From assembly GCA_003427395.1 (NCBI GenBank), contig BFEA01000011.1, positions 4,641,543-4,705,542 on the forward strand: a stretch of 64,000 nucleotides of DNA. The letters are read 5' to 3'. Position 1 is the first letter of the stretch. The number at the start of each line of letters is the position of its first letter. The notes below the pieces were generated by a model. The model worked only from the letters and a program-made list of their open reading frames with translations, did no database searches and was not told the origin of the DNA. This DNA comes from Chara braunii. Lineage: Eukaryota; Plantae; Charophyceae. A program made the position numbers and the translations under genes. This document shows positions 47,563 through 60,864 of this stretch, piece by piece.

Positions 47563-48077
47563 TATATATATATATATATTGTGAGCTCTCTATGATGTAA
47601 GGTACATGTCTATAAATTTTGAAATCATTTGCAAATCAAAATAAAACAAAAGTCGACAAAGATAGAGGTTTCAAAATAAGCTCGCCTAATCACTATTTTT
47701 ATTTTTTCACTTTTTACTTTTTTTCACATTATTTCAGGGCCTAAACAATTTTATTATTTTTTGTATTTTTTTTCATGAGTTTTGTATTGTGTGAAGTACA
47801 CATTTGTAAATTTTCAGGGCATTTGGCTATGCAAAAAAAAATAAAATTGTGAAAGATTGCGGTCTCGAAAAACTAGTTATTGAAGATCATGAAAATTTAA
47901 TGTGTAAAGTTGTCAACCATATACTTCATATGAATTAGTTGAGCAAGATAGGACATGAGGCGAAAGACGAAAAAAAATATGGGTCTACTTATGGCAATAT
48001 TGTTTTTTAGCTTTATGATTGCTGGGCGTAAAGTCTTTGAGGATCCTATTCATTGATACAAAGTATTCAACTACAGT

Positions 48078-48941
48078 CAGGGTTACCTGACCGAACGTTC
48101 GGGGGCCCCCGGGCTGGCCCCCGAACGTTTGGGCGTTCGGGGTCCCGTTCGGGGGCCGAACACCTCCAGGTTCGGCCCCCGCCAAAAACTATTTCGGGGC
48201 CTAAAACTAAGTTTTGTTTTTTGAATTTTTTTTTGTGAGTTCTCTATGATGTAACCTACACGCCTTTAAATTTTGAAGCTATTCTGCTGAGTCAAAATAA
48301 CATTAAAAATCTTCAAAGATGGGGGTGTCAAAACGTGCTCGCCCACTCACTATTTTGTTTTTTTTCACTTTTAACTTTTTGTTTTCACTTTATTTCGGGG
48401 CCTAAAAAAATTTATTATTTTTTGAAAAAAAATTACCCACTCACTATTTTGTTTTTTTTCACTTTTAACTTTTTGTTTTCACTTTATTTCGGGGCCTAAA
48501 AAAATCTATTATTTTTTGAAAATTTTTTAATGAGTTAATGATTATGCAAGCTACATATCTGTAAATTTTCAGGGCATTTGTCAATGTCAAAAACTAATTA
48601 AAAATCGGCAAAGATGGCAGTGTCGAAAAGGTGTTGGCACACTCACTCATTTTAATTCTCTTTTTATTTTTTCTTATTTTTATCATAGTGTTTATTTTCT
48701 GTAATGGATTTTTAATTCAAATTTGGTAAAGAATTTGTACGTAATTCCCAAGCAAATGTTGTTTAGTTTATGTTTCTCCATAACAGAGTTTTGTTTCGGA
48801 ATTGTTTTTTAACTTTTTTGTTTTTCTTTTTTTTTTTCTTTTTTGGTCCGCGTTCGGCTCGAACGACCGAACGCCTCCTGAAGGGGTCCCGTACGTTCGG
48901 GCGTTCGGGCGTTCGGTCCGTCCCGAACGCTGGTAACCCTG
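48078..48941. mobile_element. Complete non-autonomous hAT element
   Basis: TIR CAGGGTTACC/GGTAACCCTG, 8-bp TSD ACTACAGT at 48070-48077 and 48942-48949, many CCGAAC/GTTCGG subterminal repeats. Confidence 0.93.
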
Positions 48942-50342
48942 ACTACAGTCATATTTGAGGTTCAATTTCGTTACAACTTTAGCTAAGATGTCAGTCATAT
49001 TACTCTTGACCCATCCCTCTCCTGCCCTCCTCTTCTTGTCTCCGTTTTTTTTTTTTTTTTTTTTCAAAGCATAGTTAGACTTTGTTCACATCTTTCTCAT
49101 TGCTAAATAGGATGAATATAGAGGGTGAATAAACGTGTAAGAGGTGAGAGTAGAAGAGTATAAGAATGAATGACAAGAGATAAAAAAAAAAAAAAGAAAA
49201 AAAAAAAAGGTAGGATGAGTAGAACCAAAAAAAAGTAAGTAATTGGTTTACAATAAAAATGCGTTGTCGATTACACCAATCCCATATACAGATCTCGGGC
49301 TATGTTATGCAGAATTTTGGCAGTCGAGATACAAAGTGTACAGGAGCAATATTGCTCCGACTGAGAGCGTCAACTATACCCTCCTCGAGTTCCTACAACA
49401 AGATAGGACCTCACGAGGTACAACTTATCTGCATTTGTGGGAGTTGTTATCATCTTTGGGCGGACGTATCCCCATCGAGGTACTGGTGCACTTGCAAAAG
49501 CTTTAACATAGAGCCGCAGAGGTGAATCAACTGAGGACGTTTTTCGTTCACTGTAGCATAAGGGGTATGTGCGGTCACTCCCTAATCGAGCCCGCGCGCA
49601 TCTTCTTACTCTAGGGGGCGTTAATCTCCTCAACATGAATCTAAGCTGGTTAACTAGGACGTTCAGTTAACCATGTGACTCACTTCCGAAATAAAACGAA
49701 GAGCAAGCGTTATGCCTAGTCGGTTTTTAACTTCCAAAACCCATAATTTACACCTCGTACGAGCGATAAGCTACTGCTTACGAGAAATCATATAAACGAA
49801 GTGGCCATGAATATTAACCATATATGGCTATGCGATCCACCGTTATGGCCAAGTTTTATGCGTTACCATAATTGTGTGCCCCCTTGTGGATGTCAGGGTT
49901 GCACACGACACTCAGATATCGACTAATAAGCGCTTTGGGGGTTAACTCCTGGGCGCTGAACGGCTGAGCTAGTGGTTGTAGACTCTTTTATCTCTCACTC
50001 TTGGCGAGGAAAATTTATGAGAGTTGCAAGGCGGTAGGAGGTCTTTGATAGTCAACAGATAACAGTCTTGACTTCCTATCACAGCCACTCTCGTTTAACT
50101 ATAAAACCAATGAGTATGGAAATATGTCTCCTATCGCTACAACCTCAATGATCTCAGTGTGTAGTGAAGGGCACAACTAGCTACTCAGGCTGGATGGACT
50201 CGACTCCTTTTTAGCGCTCTATTAATCGATTTTGCAAGTTTGAAAGAAAGAAATAAAAAATTCAGATGGAAAAATAAAATCAAGTTAAATAAGAAAATGA
50301 AATAAGATAAAATTTGAACGTGATATATGAAAATGTGCCTAC

Positions 50343-50724
50343 ACTACCACTCTCCCCGAATATATCTTTCGTCAATCAGGCGCAAAGATTGATTCTGGAT
50401 ACTTACCGACTTCCACCACCCGAGTTGAACACCTAACCGCTGCCCTGCAATCCCATGGGCAGGGGCCATGCTAATCTTCGCTGTACCGTTGCAATTTTCG
50501 TGAATGTCGTGAAGGACCAGGTTGAGGGTCACGCTACACTACCACTCTCCCTGAATATATCTTTCTACAATCAGACGCAAAACTTGATTCTGGATACTTA
50601 CCGACTTCAACCACCTGACTTGAACACCTAACCGCTGCCCTGCAATCCCTTGGGCAGGCGTCATACCAATCTTCTCTGTATCGTTGGAATTTTCGTGAAT
50701 GTCGTGAAGGACAAGGTTGAGGGC
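50343..50724. repeat. ~190-bp tandem duplication
   Basis: ACTACCACTCTCCC.GAATATATCTTTC...GTCGTGAAGGAC.AGGTTGAGGG twice. Confidence 0.88.
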
Positions 50725-50726
50725 TC

Positions 50727-50841
50727 GGGCTATGACCTTGAGATATCATCATCGGACTGACCAACCTAAGGTTCCAGTAGAGTTCAAACTCAACTTTGTA
50801 TCTTAATAGTTCAGGGGTGTACCAACTTAGCTATACTAGCC
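50727..50841 (-). mobile_element. tRNA-derived SINE
   Basis: Minus strand: TAGCTAAGTTGGTACAC (A box), GAGTTTGAAC (B box), TGATGATATCTCAAGGTC. Confidence 0.75.
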
Positions 50842-52399
50842 GATTTATCGTCGGTTCCGGAACAGACATTCGATCGAACTCCCAAAAATGAAAAAAAAAT
50901 AAAATCAAACAAAAAGCAAAAGTAAAAATTAAAAAAAAGGAAAGAGGGACCGTCGACACCCCTTTGGTCCTGGACATCAAATCAGCGAAGAGACCCAATA
51001 CAAAACTACGCGGGATAGGCCCACGGGACCCTCAACCCCTCAGTTTCTCCCTCTACCCTCCAATGCTTCATTACAACTTACTAACCTTGATCCTTGCACT
51101 TGTTGCCCAAAAGTCCAATGTCGTAACCAATGAACCTAGGCTCAAGTTCGGGTCTAGCAAGTGCAAAAATCCTTATAACTGGTATCTACACTGAACCCGA
51201 GCCCGCCGAAATGCACCAAGGCTACAACTTGGCCTAGCGGCTGAACCCACGATTGTCAGATTCCCCTACTGGTTGCACAAAGGTCGGGGCTTTATCTACG
51301 ACTGTCGGGCACCCCACCTACTGCACCAAATTCGTGCCGCCATTACTCCTGTCATATGAAAGCGGTCATTTTTTTAATTGTACCTCTACCACTTTGACCA
51401 GGGTCAGTCTCACTATTCCAGTCAGGCAAACTTCTGCTTGCGTCAGACTCCATACATAAAGGTTTTATCGAGGTCACCAAAAACTTATCTCGGAAAACAG
51501 CAAGGTACAAGAATAAAGGTCTAGTGAGCCCAACGCTATGCAGACTCAAATATCATCTCAAGCAAGTCAATTGAAATCATACCATACGACGACATCATTA
51601 ATTAACCTAACTTTGACGGCCATGGCGGTCTCGAGCATTGGTGCACGAAGGCAATGAGCGAGGACATACTAATAAAAGAAAGTGATTTTATTCTAGCTCA
51701 CATCGCTCCTCGAGATCACTGGCTACGCTAATGGTTCGTGAAACTGCCAACCAGCTGGGTGACTAAGGCACGCATCAAAATTCACGTCACACATTTTCTA
51801 ACCTAACCATATGTACGCTCACTATTCCAGCTACAAAGAGTTGGTTGTGAGCGGCAAAAATATAAATGCGTCACTGTTTCACCTGATATTAGAGATGCGG
51901 ATCCTGCGAGATGCACAAACACAAAAAAATATCCTTGTAAGGGTATTTTTGTTGATAATGTGATACTTATATACGTAAATTAAAAACTTGCAGTCATGAG
52001 ATTAACTGCAAAAAGTAATGAATCGACGAAAAAATATATATGTAATCCTTTTTCACCTTAAATGAAGCCACAAATATATAACAAACTTTAACTTTTATTG
52101 AAATGTTATAAGGTAAATTTGACATATTTTCATATTTAAAAAAAGATTTAATTTTTGAATTATATAAAAAAAAAATGGTACGAATATAACTCATAATAAG
52201 TTGGTCATAAGTGTCAACTGTAATATAATTAATACGATAAAATAATTGATACATAGTTGGATTCTTGTTGAAATTTATGTTTTAATTAGTTAAACGATTG
52301 TTTTTTTTAACACTTTGAAGATATGTATTTAGTCGTGAAGAAATATATTGATATATATAAGTATAGTATAATATTATATATACATATATACACATGTAC

Positions 52400-52913
52400 A
52401 CAGGGTCACTAACCCGTACGTATGGAGGTCCCCGGACAGACCTCCGTATGTACGGGCGTTCGGGGTCCCGTACGGGGTCCGAACCCGACGGCGTTCGGCC
52501 CCCGCCAAAAATTATTTCGGGGCCTCAAGATAATTATTTTTTTCTGAATGATTTTTTGTGAGTTCTCTATGACGTGAGGTACAAGCCTGAAAATTTTCAA
52601 GTCATTTGGCTAATCCAAATAAGAATTAAAAATCGCGAAAGATGACGGTGTCAAAACGTGCTCGCCCACGTATTTTTTCACTTCTTACTTTTTGTTTTCA
52701 CTTTAGTTCGGGGTCTAAACAATTTTATTAATTTTTNAATCCACCTTAACCAAAATCAAAGTAGACTATCACTCACCCACACCAGATGGAAAACTCTATA
52801 GACTGTCGGTTCACACCCCATCACAAGCCAGCAAAACACCCACGAAACAAAGAAAGGTCTGTCACAGCCAAAAGATACACATATTTATATATATATATAT
52901 ATATATATATCGT

Positions 52914-52954
<41 letters not shown>

Positions 52955-52955
52955 T

Positions 52956-52992
<37 letters not shown>

Positions 52993-53738
52993 TTATACAC
53001 AAGGTGACCGGTGTTCGGGACGGGCCGAACGCCGAAACGTACGGGACCCCTTGGGTATGCGTTCGGTCATTCGTCCCAACGTTGACCAAAAAAAAAAAAA
53101 AACTTGAAAAATCTAAAAACAACATATGTTATGCAAAACGATAAAATAAACAACATTTGCCTGAGCATTACATCCAAATTCGTTACCAAATTTGAAATAA
53201 AAATAAAATAGGGAAATTAAATACTAATAAGAAAAATAAAAAAAAATAAAAGAAGAAATTAGAGAATTGAAATTAGTGAGTGTACAAGCCCGTTTTCGAC
53301 ACCACCATCCTTGGCGATTTTTCATTTTTTTTTGGCATATCCAAATGCCCTGCAAATTTATTTGTGTGTAGTTCAGATGATTAACAACGCATGAAAAAAA
53401 GTTCAAAAAATAATAAAATTGTTTAGACTCTGAAAAAGAGTGAAAACAAAAAGTAAGAAATGGAGAAAAAAAAAATTTGAGTGGGCAAGCACGTTTTGAC
53501 GCCTCCATCTTTGGAGATTTTTCATGTTTTTGTGAATAAGCAAAATGAATTCAAAATTTTTAGGCAAGTACCTCACTTCCTAAAGAACTTACAAAAAACA
53601 AATCAGAAAAAAAAAAAATTTTTAAGTGCCGAAATAATTTTTGGCGGGGGCCGAACCCCTTAAGGTCCGGCCCCCGAACGGGACCCCGAACGCCCGAACG
53701 TACGGAGGTCCGCCCGGGGGCCTCCATACGTACGGGCC
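52400..53738. mobile_element. Two partial hAT copies of the 48078 family (52400-52736; 53000-53738 inverted)
   Basis: CAGGGTCACT and CAAGGTGACC termini, CCGAAC repeats, shared internal sequence. Confidence 0.8.
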
Positions 53739-53757
53739 TATATATATATATATACAT

Positions 53758-53955
53758 AGGGTTCAACCTCCTGATGGGTCGGTGAAACTCCGACGAAACA
53801 GTTTGTCACAGCCCCTCGTTTGTTGTCCTCTTCTCCCTCCCTGCCTACGGTTTACCGGGCAGTTCTGCCCGGTAAACCGTAGGCATAGAGAGAGAAGAGG
53901 ACTACAAACGAGGGGCTGTGACAAACTGTTTCGTAGGAGTTTCACCGACTCATCA
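53758..53955. mobile_element. Fold-back pair of hammerhead-element copies inside (TA)n
   Basis: + copy AGGGTTCAACCTCCTGATGGGTCGG... joined at GGGCAG-TT-CTGCCC (centre 53863-53864) to its reverse complement ending ...CCGACTCATCA. Confidence 0.88.
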
Positions 53956-56049
53956 CGATATATATATAAATTTAATGACGAATTTCAATGTGACCCTACG
54001 ACAAAAGATGTTCAGTTTATTTTTCTGCATAACATAGTTTTTTTTCGGATTTTTTGAATTTAGTTTTTTTTTGGGGGGGGGACCTTCTTCCTTGGGCCTT
54101 GCACGGGCTGACCACCCAGGACCCAGGTGGCCCGACAATCAGCCTAAATTCTTTGGCAAAAAAAAAGTTATAATTTTTTAGCTTATTAAGGTTGAAAACA
54201 TTACCCTGAGTAGCTAAAATTGCTACATTGTTTTGACAAAATAATTCAAGTTGAATTTAAGTAAAAAAATATAAATGTCAATATTAATAAAATATATATA
54301 TAGGTAAAAAACATTGAACTTTTGTTAATGCCCTGTTCAAAGAGATTGGTAAAATCATGTAACCACCGACATTGAATGTCAAAGATGATTGAGGATTTTA
54401 TGTCAACTTTAGGTTCCTAGCAGAACCCATTAGATTATAACTAGTAAAGGAAACAAAGTTTTGTGAGTACGACTGCAGGTAGTGTGGAGATTGAACTCTG
54501 CGAAAAAAAAAAAAACGATTGTATAAATTTGATAAATATATGCATAGGCAACAAAGAGGAACAAATATAAAAGTTATATTCAGATACAAAAAACAAGACC
54601 ATCTCGTAGTTATATGTGATAATGTAACCATAGAGAGATGATATATCAAGGAAAACAAGAGAGGCATAAAGGTTAGTAGCATCTCAGTGAAAAGATATGC
54701 CATTGTTATAGCGGTCGATCAGAGAGGCTATGGTAAAAAAAAAAAAAAAAAACAGATGCTAAGAAAGTTTAAAATTCATCCTAGCATAGCCTTAGGTGAG
54801 CTATGGAGAAATTAAAATAGTTGAGGAAGTATAATAAGATTGCATGGATAAGGGTAAATGACTTAAGTATGGTATTCAGGAACACATTATTGCATGTTGT
54901 CCCTTGATCCGAAACCGAAAAGGGAACAACTAGTAGGAATAGCATCTGCTCTTATTGAGCTTGATGGTGCAAATGAGGTGGTACCATAACTTCTCTTCGA
55001 CCCTCGAACTCTTATGGAAGATCATGTTCTTTTTTTTCCACCTCACCTTGCCTTGAGTATGTTATATGTTTTATCTCAATTGATGATCGCTTGGCAAACT
55101 TGGATAACTAATAAGATAACTAAGTTCATAGGTTAAACAAGTAAGAAAGACTGTTTGATAGTAATAGATATTAAAAACAATCGGGACAAGAGTAAACGTT
55201 TAAGCAAATAGAGGATTTGCAATATAATGTATCTTTGAAAAAACATAAAAGAGATTGCACTTATCAAGGAATTGTCGACCTCTATCAAATTTGTCATTGC
55301 GATAAGTATGTCATTATAGTTTTTCACTATTTGGACTGAGACAAATATTATTTCCATATAGAAGTAGGATTTTTTTTTCACTTTTTCTTTGTGGAAAGAA
55401 ATACTTGACTTTATTGAGGATATGCGAAGGGTACGAGGAACCCTACCCCGACATCGAGTACAAAGACCTCACAGACCCCTTATTCTATGCAAAAAGTACT
55501 CGGTCAATGTAAGGACTGACAGAAAGAACGTACCGGTATGACATAAATGTATAATATACTACTGAAATAATACCATGCAACGAGAGTCCTAATGGACTGA
55601 TCTATAGAATGTCCCCTTTATACTTTGATGATTTAGAAAGCCGTAACTTTAGTAGAGTCACAAAAACGAGTTCTAATTGCACTATGAGGCAAAATAGAAT
55701 TTGCAATTGTACTTCAAACACCATTAAGGACAAAAAAATTAGGTTATATACGTTGCTCGAACTGCAATTCGAAGTTGTAGCTTGGCCCATAGTGCAATTA
55801 CTATAACTCATTTATGTGACTCTCGCATAGTTTCTCATTTAGAAAATAACCCAAAATCTTACAAACAAAGGTTAAATGAATCATAGTTCTTCGCTTTATG
55901 GTGCACCATGCCTAAGAAAAGAAGTGAACTCAAAGTATGCATATATCACTGGCGACTCTCTAGGTTGCATTCAAATCAAATACCCAATAGATAGGATTAA
56001 CTGTGTATGTAATCTGACTAAGTTTCCCTCCAAACTGTGTGTGGACGCT

Positions 56050-56460
56050 TTTCAAACACACCACTCTCCATTCGTTTGACAAAATTATTGAAAAAGCGTC
56101 GAATCGTTGATTCGAACAAGCGACTTATTAAATCGTTTGCAAGATTGCAAGTACTTTAGTAAGACTGATCCGAAGTATGGTTACCATTGATTGAGGCAGC
56201 CATAAAAGATCATCATAAGACAACGTTGAGAACAAGGTATGCACACTATGAGTTTGCGGTTCTCCCTTTTAGACTCGCTAACGCCCAATAACCTTCCAAA
56301 GATCAATGATCGAGTTGTTCAAGGATTGGTGAAATAAATTCGTGGTAGTTTACCTCGATGATATTATGATATTCAGCACGACACTGAAAACGCATAAAAA
56401 ACACTTTGAAAAATAAAACGTAAGATTCTCTCCAAAAAGTGAAGTTTGCAAAATGTGACA
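56050..56460 (+). mobile_element. Decayed Ty3/Gypsy reverse transcriptase fragment
   Basis: DHHKTTLRTRYAHYEFAVLPF.LANA, TFQRSM, FVVVYLDDIMIFS (YLDD at 56351-56362). Confidence 0.85.
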
Positions 56461-56789
56461 AAAATGTGACCATCCCACCCGCAACCCAACAACTCAGAAT
56501 ATTGAATGAAAACTTGGAGATCGATTGCAGATTCTCCACGACTAAACTCAATTGGGCAAAGTCGTCGGTCATCTTGCCGCCTGCTATAGAGCCATCTGAC
56601 GGATGGGACATTCCCACAGTTGCAAAAGGAGAGCGTATTCGGTTTCTCAAGGCCAGCATGATTCCCAGTTGGGGAGGTGTGGAACAAATGGCCACGCTAG
56701 CGGTGGCGGCGATAACCAATCTTACCGCTTCGAGCAAAAGAGTGCACTTGTTTTTTTTTAAGGAAAGCATTGGTGGTTAAGGACTCTGT

Positions 56790-58670
56790 GTTTGGCCACC
56801 CTATGTTATGCTGGTGCAATTCATATGTTGGGCAGACACACCTTCGCATATCTTCGACTGGCCATCCAAGCCTATCTCTGGTCCGATGACAAGCAAACTG
56901 AAGATCCGATCTGCAGAGTGGCATCGAGGAAGCTCGTCCAACTAAGGAGTGAGGGGGTCTTGGGACTGCTAGACTTGCGATTACAGGTAATAACGTTGCA
57001 GATGAAACACATGTTGTGGTTTCTGTTGGGGACAGTAGGGGAGCAGTGGTACCTGCGGAGAAGGCAACACCTGACCCACACATTTGGACAATCGTCGCCG
57101 ATAGTCGAGTTGAGCCTTGTCACCAGCAGCCTCATCGATCACATTAGACAAGACACAAATATGGCCTGCCCCGCTAGCAATCTGGAAGAAAATCTGCATG
57201 CCAATAACCACATTCAACAGACGCGGTTTTCAACTAGTTGCTCTTTGACAATCGCTTCATTTCTGATCGCCAAGGAGACCCCTTCCCATGGCAAGGACAA
57301 AGGGAAGCGTTTGGACGACAATGGGTGGAGCGAGGTGTTTAAAATTTGGCACCTGTTGAATGAACAGACTGGGGAGTGAAAAGGTGATGACAAGGTGGCA
57401 AGGACCCTCCTGCACCAAACGAGGAGATGCCAAAGGTTCCAGGAGATCAGGGAAGCCATAGGTGGATATGCTGGGGCGAATGGGTTAAGAGGAAGGAGGA
57501 CACCTGCCCGGGGTTGGTCTACAACGTCGAAGAAGAGCACAAGGGACCGGTTAGTGGTCTCAGAGTGGGAAGTGGCAACAGGGCTAGAGGGCCTGGGGGC
57601 ACCACTGGAGGGGAATGTGGAGAACGGACCCCTGAAAAGAAAAATCTCAAGGGAAATTTACTGAAACGGTGGCGGTCTGTTAAGGTGGCAAGCATGTGAC
57701 ATACCACTTCCTCCCCTTGTGGATCTCGAGGCGGAGGCGAGACCTGATTTGTGACCCGCAGGAAAGGACATGGCCCAACCAGAACCACCAGAAAAAGAAG
57801 ATTGGGATCCTTTGGGGAACCACGAAAGACATATACAAATTCCTCCTACCCCAGGTGGACATATGGGAGGAACTAAGAGAGCGATAGGCCAAGCGGGACG
57901 GTCCTGTCAACGCACCTGGAACAACGGACGAGATGTAAATGAAAGGAGCCATGCGCACTCTGGGCGGCCATCCCGGAGAAAAAGCACGCGGGATAGCTCT
58001 CGCAAATCGCTCACCTGGCAGTTCTGACCAGTGAATGGCAGGCCCCCAAAAGCCAATTCAACGACCCCAGGTGCACGACAAGATGTGGAGCTGTGGACTC
58101 GATTCCGCATTTGTTTGTACATTGCCCGGTGGTTCATGCTCTCTAGAAACGGTGGACTCACGAACTGGCAGACGAGGCCCTGCTGCAAATCAACGAGGAT
58201 GACGTAGCGGGAATCCTGCTTGGACCAGTTATGAAGGCGACAAAACCTGCTCAGGACTAGCTACTGACCGGCGAAGATTCTGCATGTGGCGGCCCTTTGG
58301 ACCATCTGGACGGCGCACAACGGGAGAGTGAGGCAGGGAGCAGACATGGCATTTGTCACGCTCCAGTGGTGAGCCATGGAAAACATCAGCATTGCTGTCG
58401 CGAGTGGCTTTAATCGCTGCCTTAAAGGGTAGAGCAGTAGCGAGACCCGGGTCTGGGCTTGATGGGGATCGTACACTGCCTTGGTGGTGCGGGACGACCA
58501 GCCTGGCCAGTTTCGTTATGGGCCAGCCTCTACTCCCTGACCACCGACGACCAGGGCAGGGGAGGGCGGGAGGCAATATACACCCCCTTGATTGTGAGAG
58601 GTAGGTATGCTTGCAGGGTTCCCCTGCACGAGCTTAGGAGTAGTGGTAGGTAAGTAGTAAAGGTGAATCT
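56790..58670 (+). mobile_element. Decayed LINE ORF2 3' half and 3' UTR
   Basis: AIQAYLWS...RVASRKLVQLRSEGVLGLLDL, zf-RVT CTTRCGAVDSIPHLFVHC, VAALWTIWTAHN. The 3' UTR is similar to 27710-27810. Confidence 0.8.
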
Positions 58671-59147
58671 GAGAGAACGAAAAAAGAAAAGGAATGAATC
58701 ATCAAGCTAAGGCGTGCACCCTATATGCCTGCTTCTACTCAACAAATAAGACTGCTACGTTGTCATAACTTGCAAAACTTGGGGAATGAGAAAATTGACG
58801 GAAGAAAAAGTTTTTAAGGCTGTGTGGAGGCTTGGGGTATGGACAGGGTCCTGAACAGGCAACTGAGGCTATCAGCTCATGCACCACCCAGGCACTCAAA
58901 GGAGGGCATCGACCCGAACCGGCAGGCCTTTACGGTATCCAGATGCCCAGTGACCCGCCCCCGGGTGCACTGTGTGCACCATTATAGCGAGCCATCACGT
59001 CACCCCATAGAACATACCCCACCCCCGATGCAGACAGACGGACTACCAGTATGACCAGGACAACAGACAACCAGACAACCAGGAATTCCATGTGATGAGT
59101 ACAGGACAATCTAGAACCCCCATTCAAAAACCTACACAACCTGACGG

Positions 59148-59213
<66 letters not shown>

Positions 59214-59456
59214 GGTACCCAACCCTACAATGCGAATGTGCCAGGGTCCAATCGAAGGGGACCTTCCAAGAGCGGGCACAATTCGAGCCATTAAGCCTGC
59301 TTGCAGCATGCGCCACAAGCGCTCCATCTGAGCGCGGCCAGTCTCGAACCCGCAACCTGCATCTTACAATGCAGGCGCCCAAACAACTGGGCTTCGAACA
59401 TTCGCTGTGTGCAAATGGCCATGCACTGGTGAACGCCCACCGGTGTCCATGCCCGA

Positions 59457-59535
59457 GGACGTGGGGGTTTGAACCCACACCCTCAGACCACAATGCGCAT
59501 TTCCAAGCGGTGCTCTACCTACTGAGCTATCGGCC
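59457..59535 (-). pseudogene. tRNA-like Pol III unit (pseudogene or SINE head)
   Basis: Minus strand: TAGCTCAGTAGGTAGAGC (A box) and GGTTCAAACC (B box); acceptor stem and anticodon arm are not clean. Confidence 0.55.
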
Positions 59536-60274
59536 AGCAGAAAAAGGAAAATTTGATGAAAACTGCCGACTGGTCTTCACTTCAGACGGACTGTCTCCTT
59601 CGCAGGCCATCTCTCTCTACCAAAAATCCAGATTTGCCAGTCTGAAAGGGCTTGAACTACACTTCGCCAACAGAGGTCCTACCTACAGGTCCTACGTTCT
59701 TATCTCGCACGCAAAATGCAACAACAACAGAAAATACGTAGGGGAGGTTGCAGGTTCAAATCCTGCGGTCTTTCTTATCTCAGTGGCAAAAAGCAACAAC
59801 AGTGGAAAACACTTGCGGGAGGTTGCAGGTTCAAATCCTGTGGGCCCAGCAGCCTTCCTCCTCAGTAGTGGCAAATGGGTCCCTCCTGCCCCCTCCTCCC
59901 CCTTTTCTTGAAGGGAGCGAAGTCTTCTCTAACCAGGAAACACCCCTGTGACCAAGACAGTGCATGCTAATTGATACACAGTGATTATACACATTCATTT
60001 TTCCATGCACTACACGGGTGGCGTTGTTCCCACAAAAAGGAGAGGGTGCAGAGTCTGCAGACATTGCCTGTGCAATGCCAATGGCAATGGTTTTCCTGAT
60101 TTGCTTTCCTTTTTCAGAAGGAGGGGGGTTCTCTCCTTGAGTTGCTCATGGCCCTTTGCTGTTTGCAGCGAACCGCCCCCTGCCATGTGGCCAAAACAAC
60201 TCCATCATTTCAGGTACTCTGTCCTGCCATTACCATAACAATTGTCCTTATACAGGCACTTAAAGACGCCTTGA

Positions 60275-60350
60275 GCCAACGGGCCCAGCTCAGTTGGTAC
60301 ACCCATGTCTAGTCCAGATCTAATCAGAAGCGAAAAAAGAAGAAAAAAAA
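60275..60350 (+). mobile_element. Mini-SINE (tRNA 5' half + A-tail) with a 13-bp TSD
   Basis: AAAGACGCCTTGA at 60262-60274 and 60351-60363, flanking ...CCAGCTCAGTTGGTACAC...(A)n. Confidence 0.8.
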
Positions 60351-60720
60351 AAAGACGCCTTGAACTATAACCCACACCAACTCATCTGTCTTCTGCACTA
60401 CCATATGCCCTCCTATGGCAATTCCCCCCCCTCTGCACTTCTCTTGCTTCTGCAGGGGTCGCATTGTCGTGAGTCAGGATCCTTAGGTACCAGTTTACAT
60501 ACCTGAACGCCTCCGAAGTCCGCTCCCCCTTCACTCCCATGGTCTGCCCTCGCCGCCTGTAGAAAAAATCCGCTTGAGCGTCTTCTGAAGAACCTGTGAA
60601 GCGGATGCGTGTACCCAACCCATCATAGTGGGATTAGAGCATGCAGTCCGCATCTTCATGACACTGGGTTTCTTTCTACTTCTTCTTTTTTGAACTCTGT
60701 GCTGCAGAGTTTCAATTTAA

Positions 60721-60864
60721 ACCACCAGTACATCCAGCTATTGGCTGCGGGCCCTTTTCAGAGGCCGCCCGCCGCCGATTCAATTTATCTACGGCGCTGG
60801 GCCTCCAAAATTGTCGTAGGCGACGAGTTTTCTTTTCACCAAGGCTGGGGCCATGTACCGCGGT
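60721..60864. mobile_element. TTAA-group MITE
   Basis: TTAA|ACCACCAGTACAT ... ATGTACCGCGGT|TTAA. Confidence 0.78.

Noticed and set aside
51468-51480. tRNA-Trp-like primer binding site on the minus strand (also TGGTATCA at ~63146)
   Set aside because: Short match with no identifiable adjacent LTR boundary or gag ORF.
52800-52870. Additional hammerhead (AGACTGTC...CGAAAC...GTCTGTCACAGCC)
   Set aside because: Lacks the CUGANGA core and stem II.
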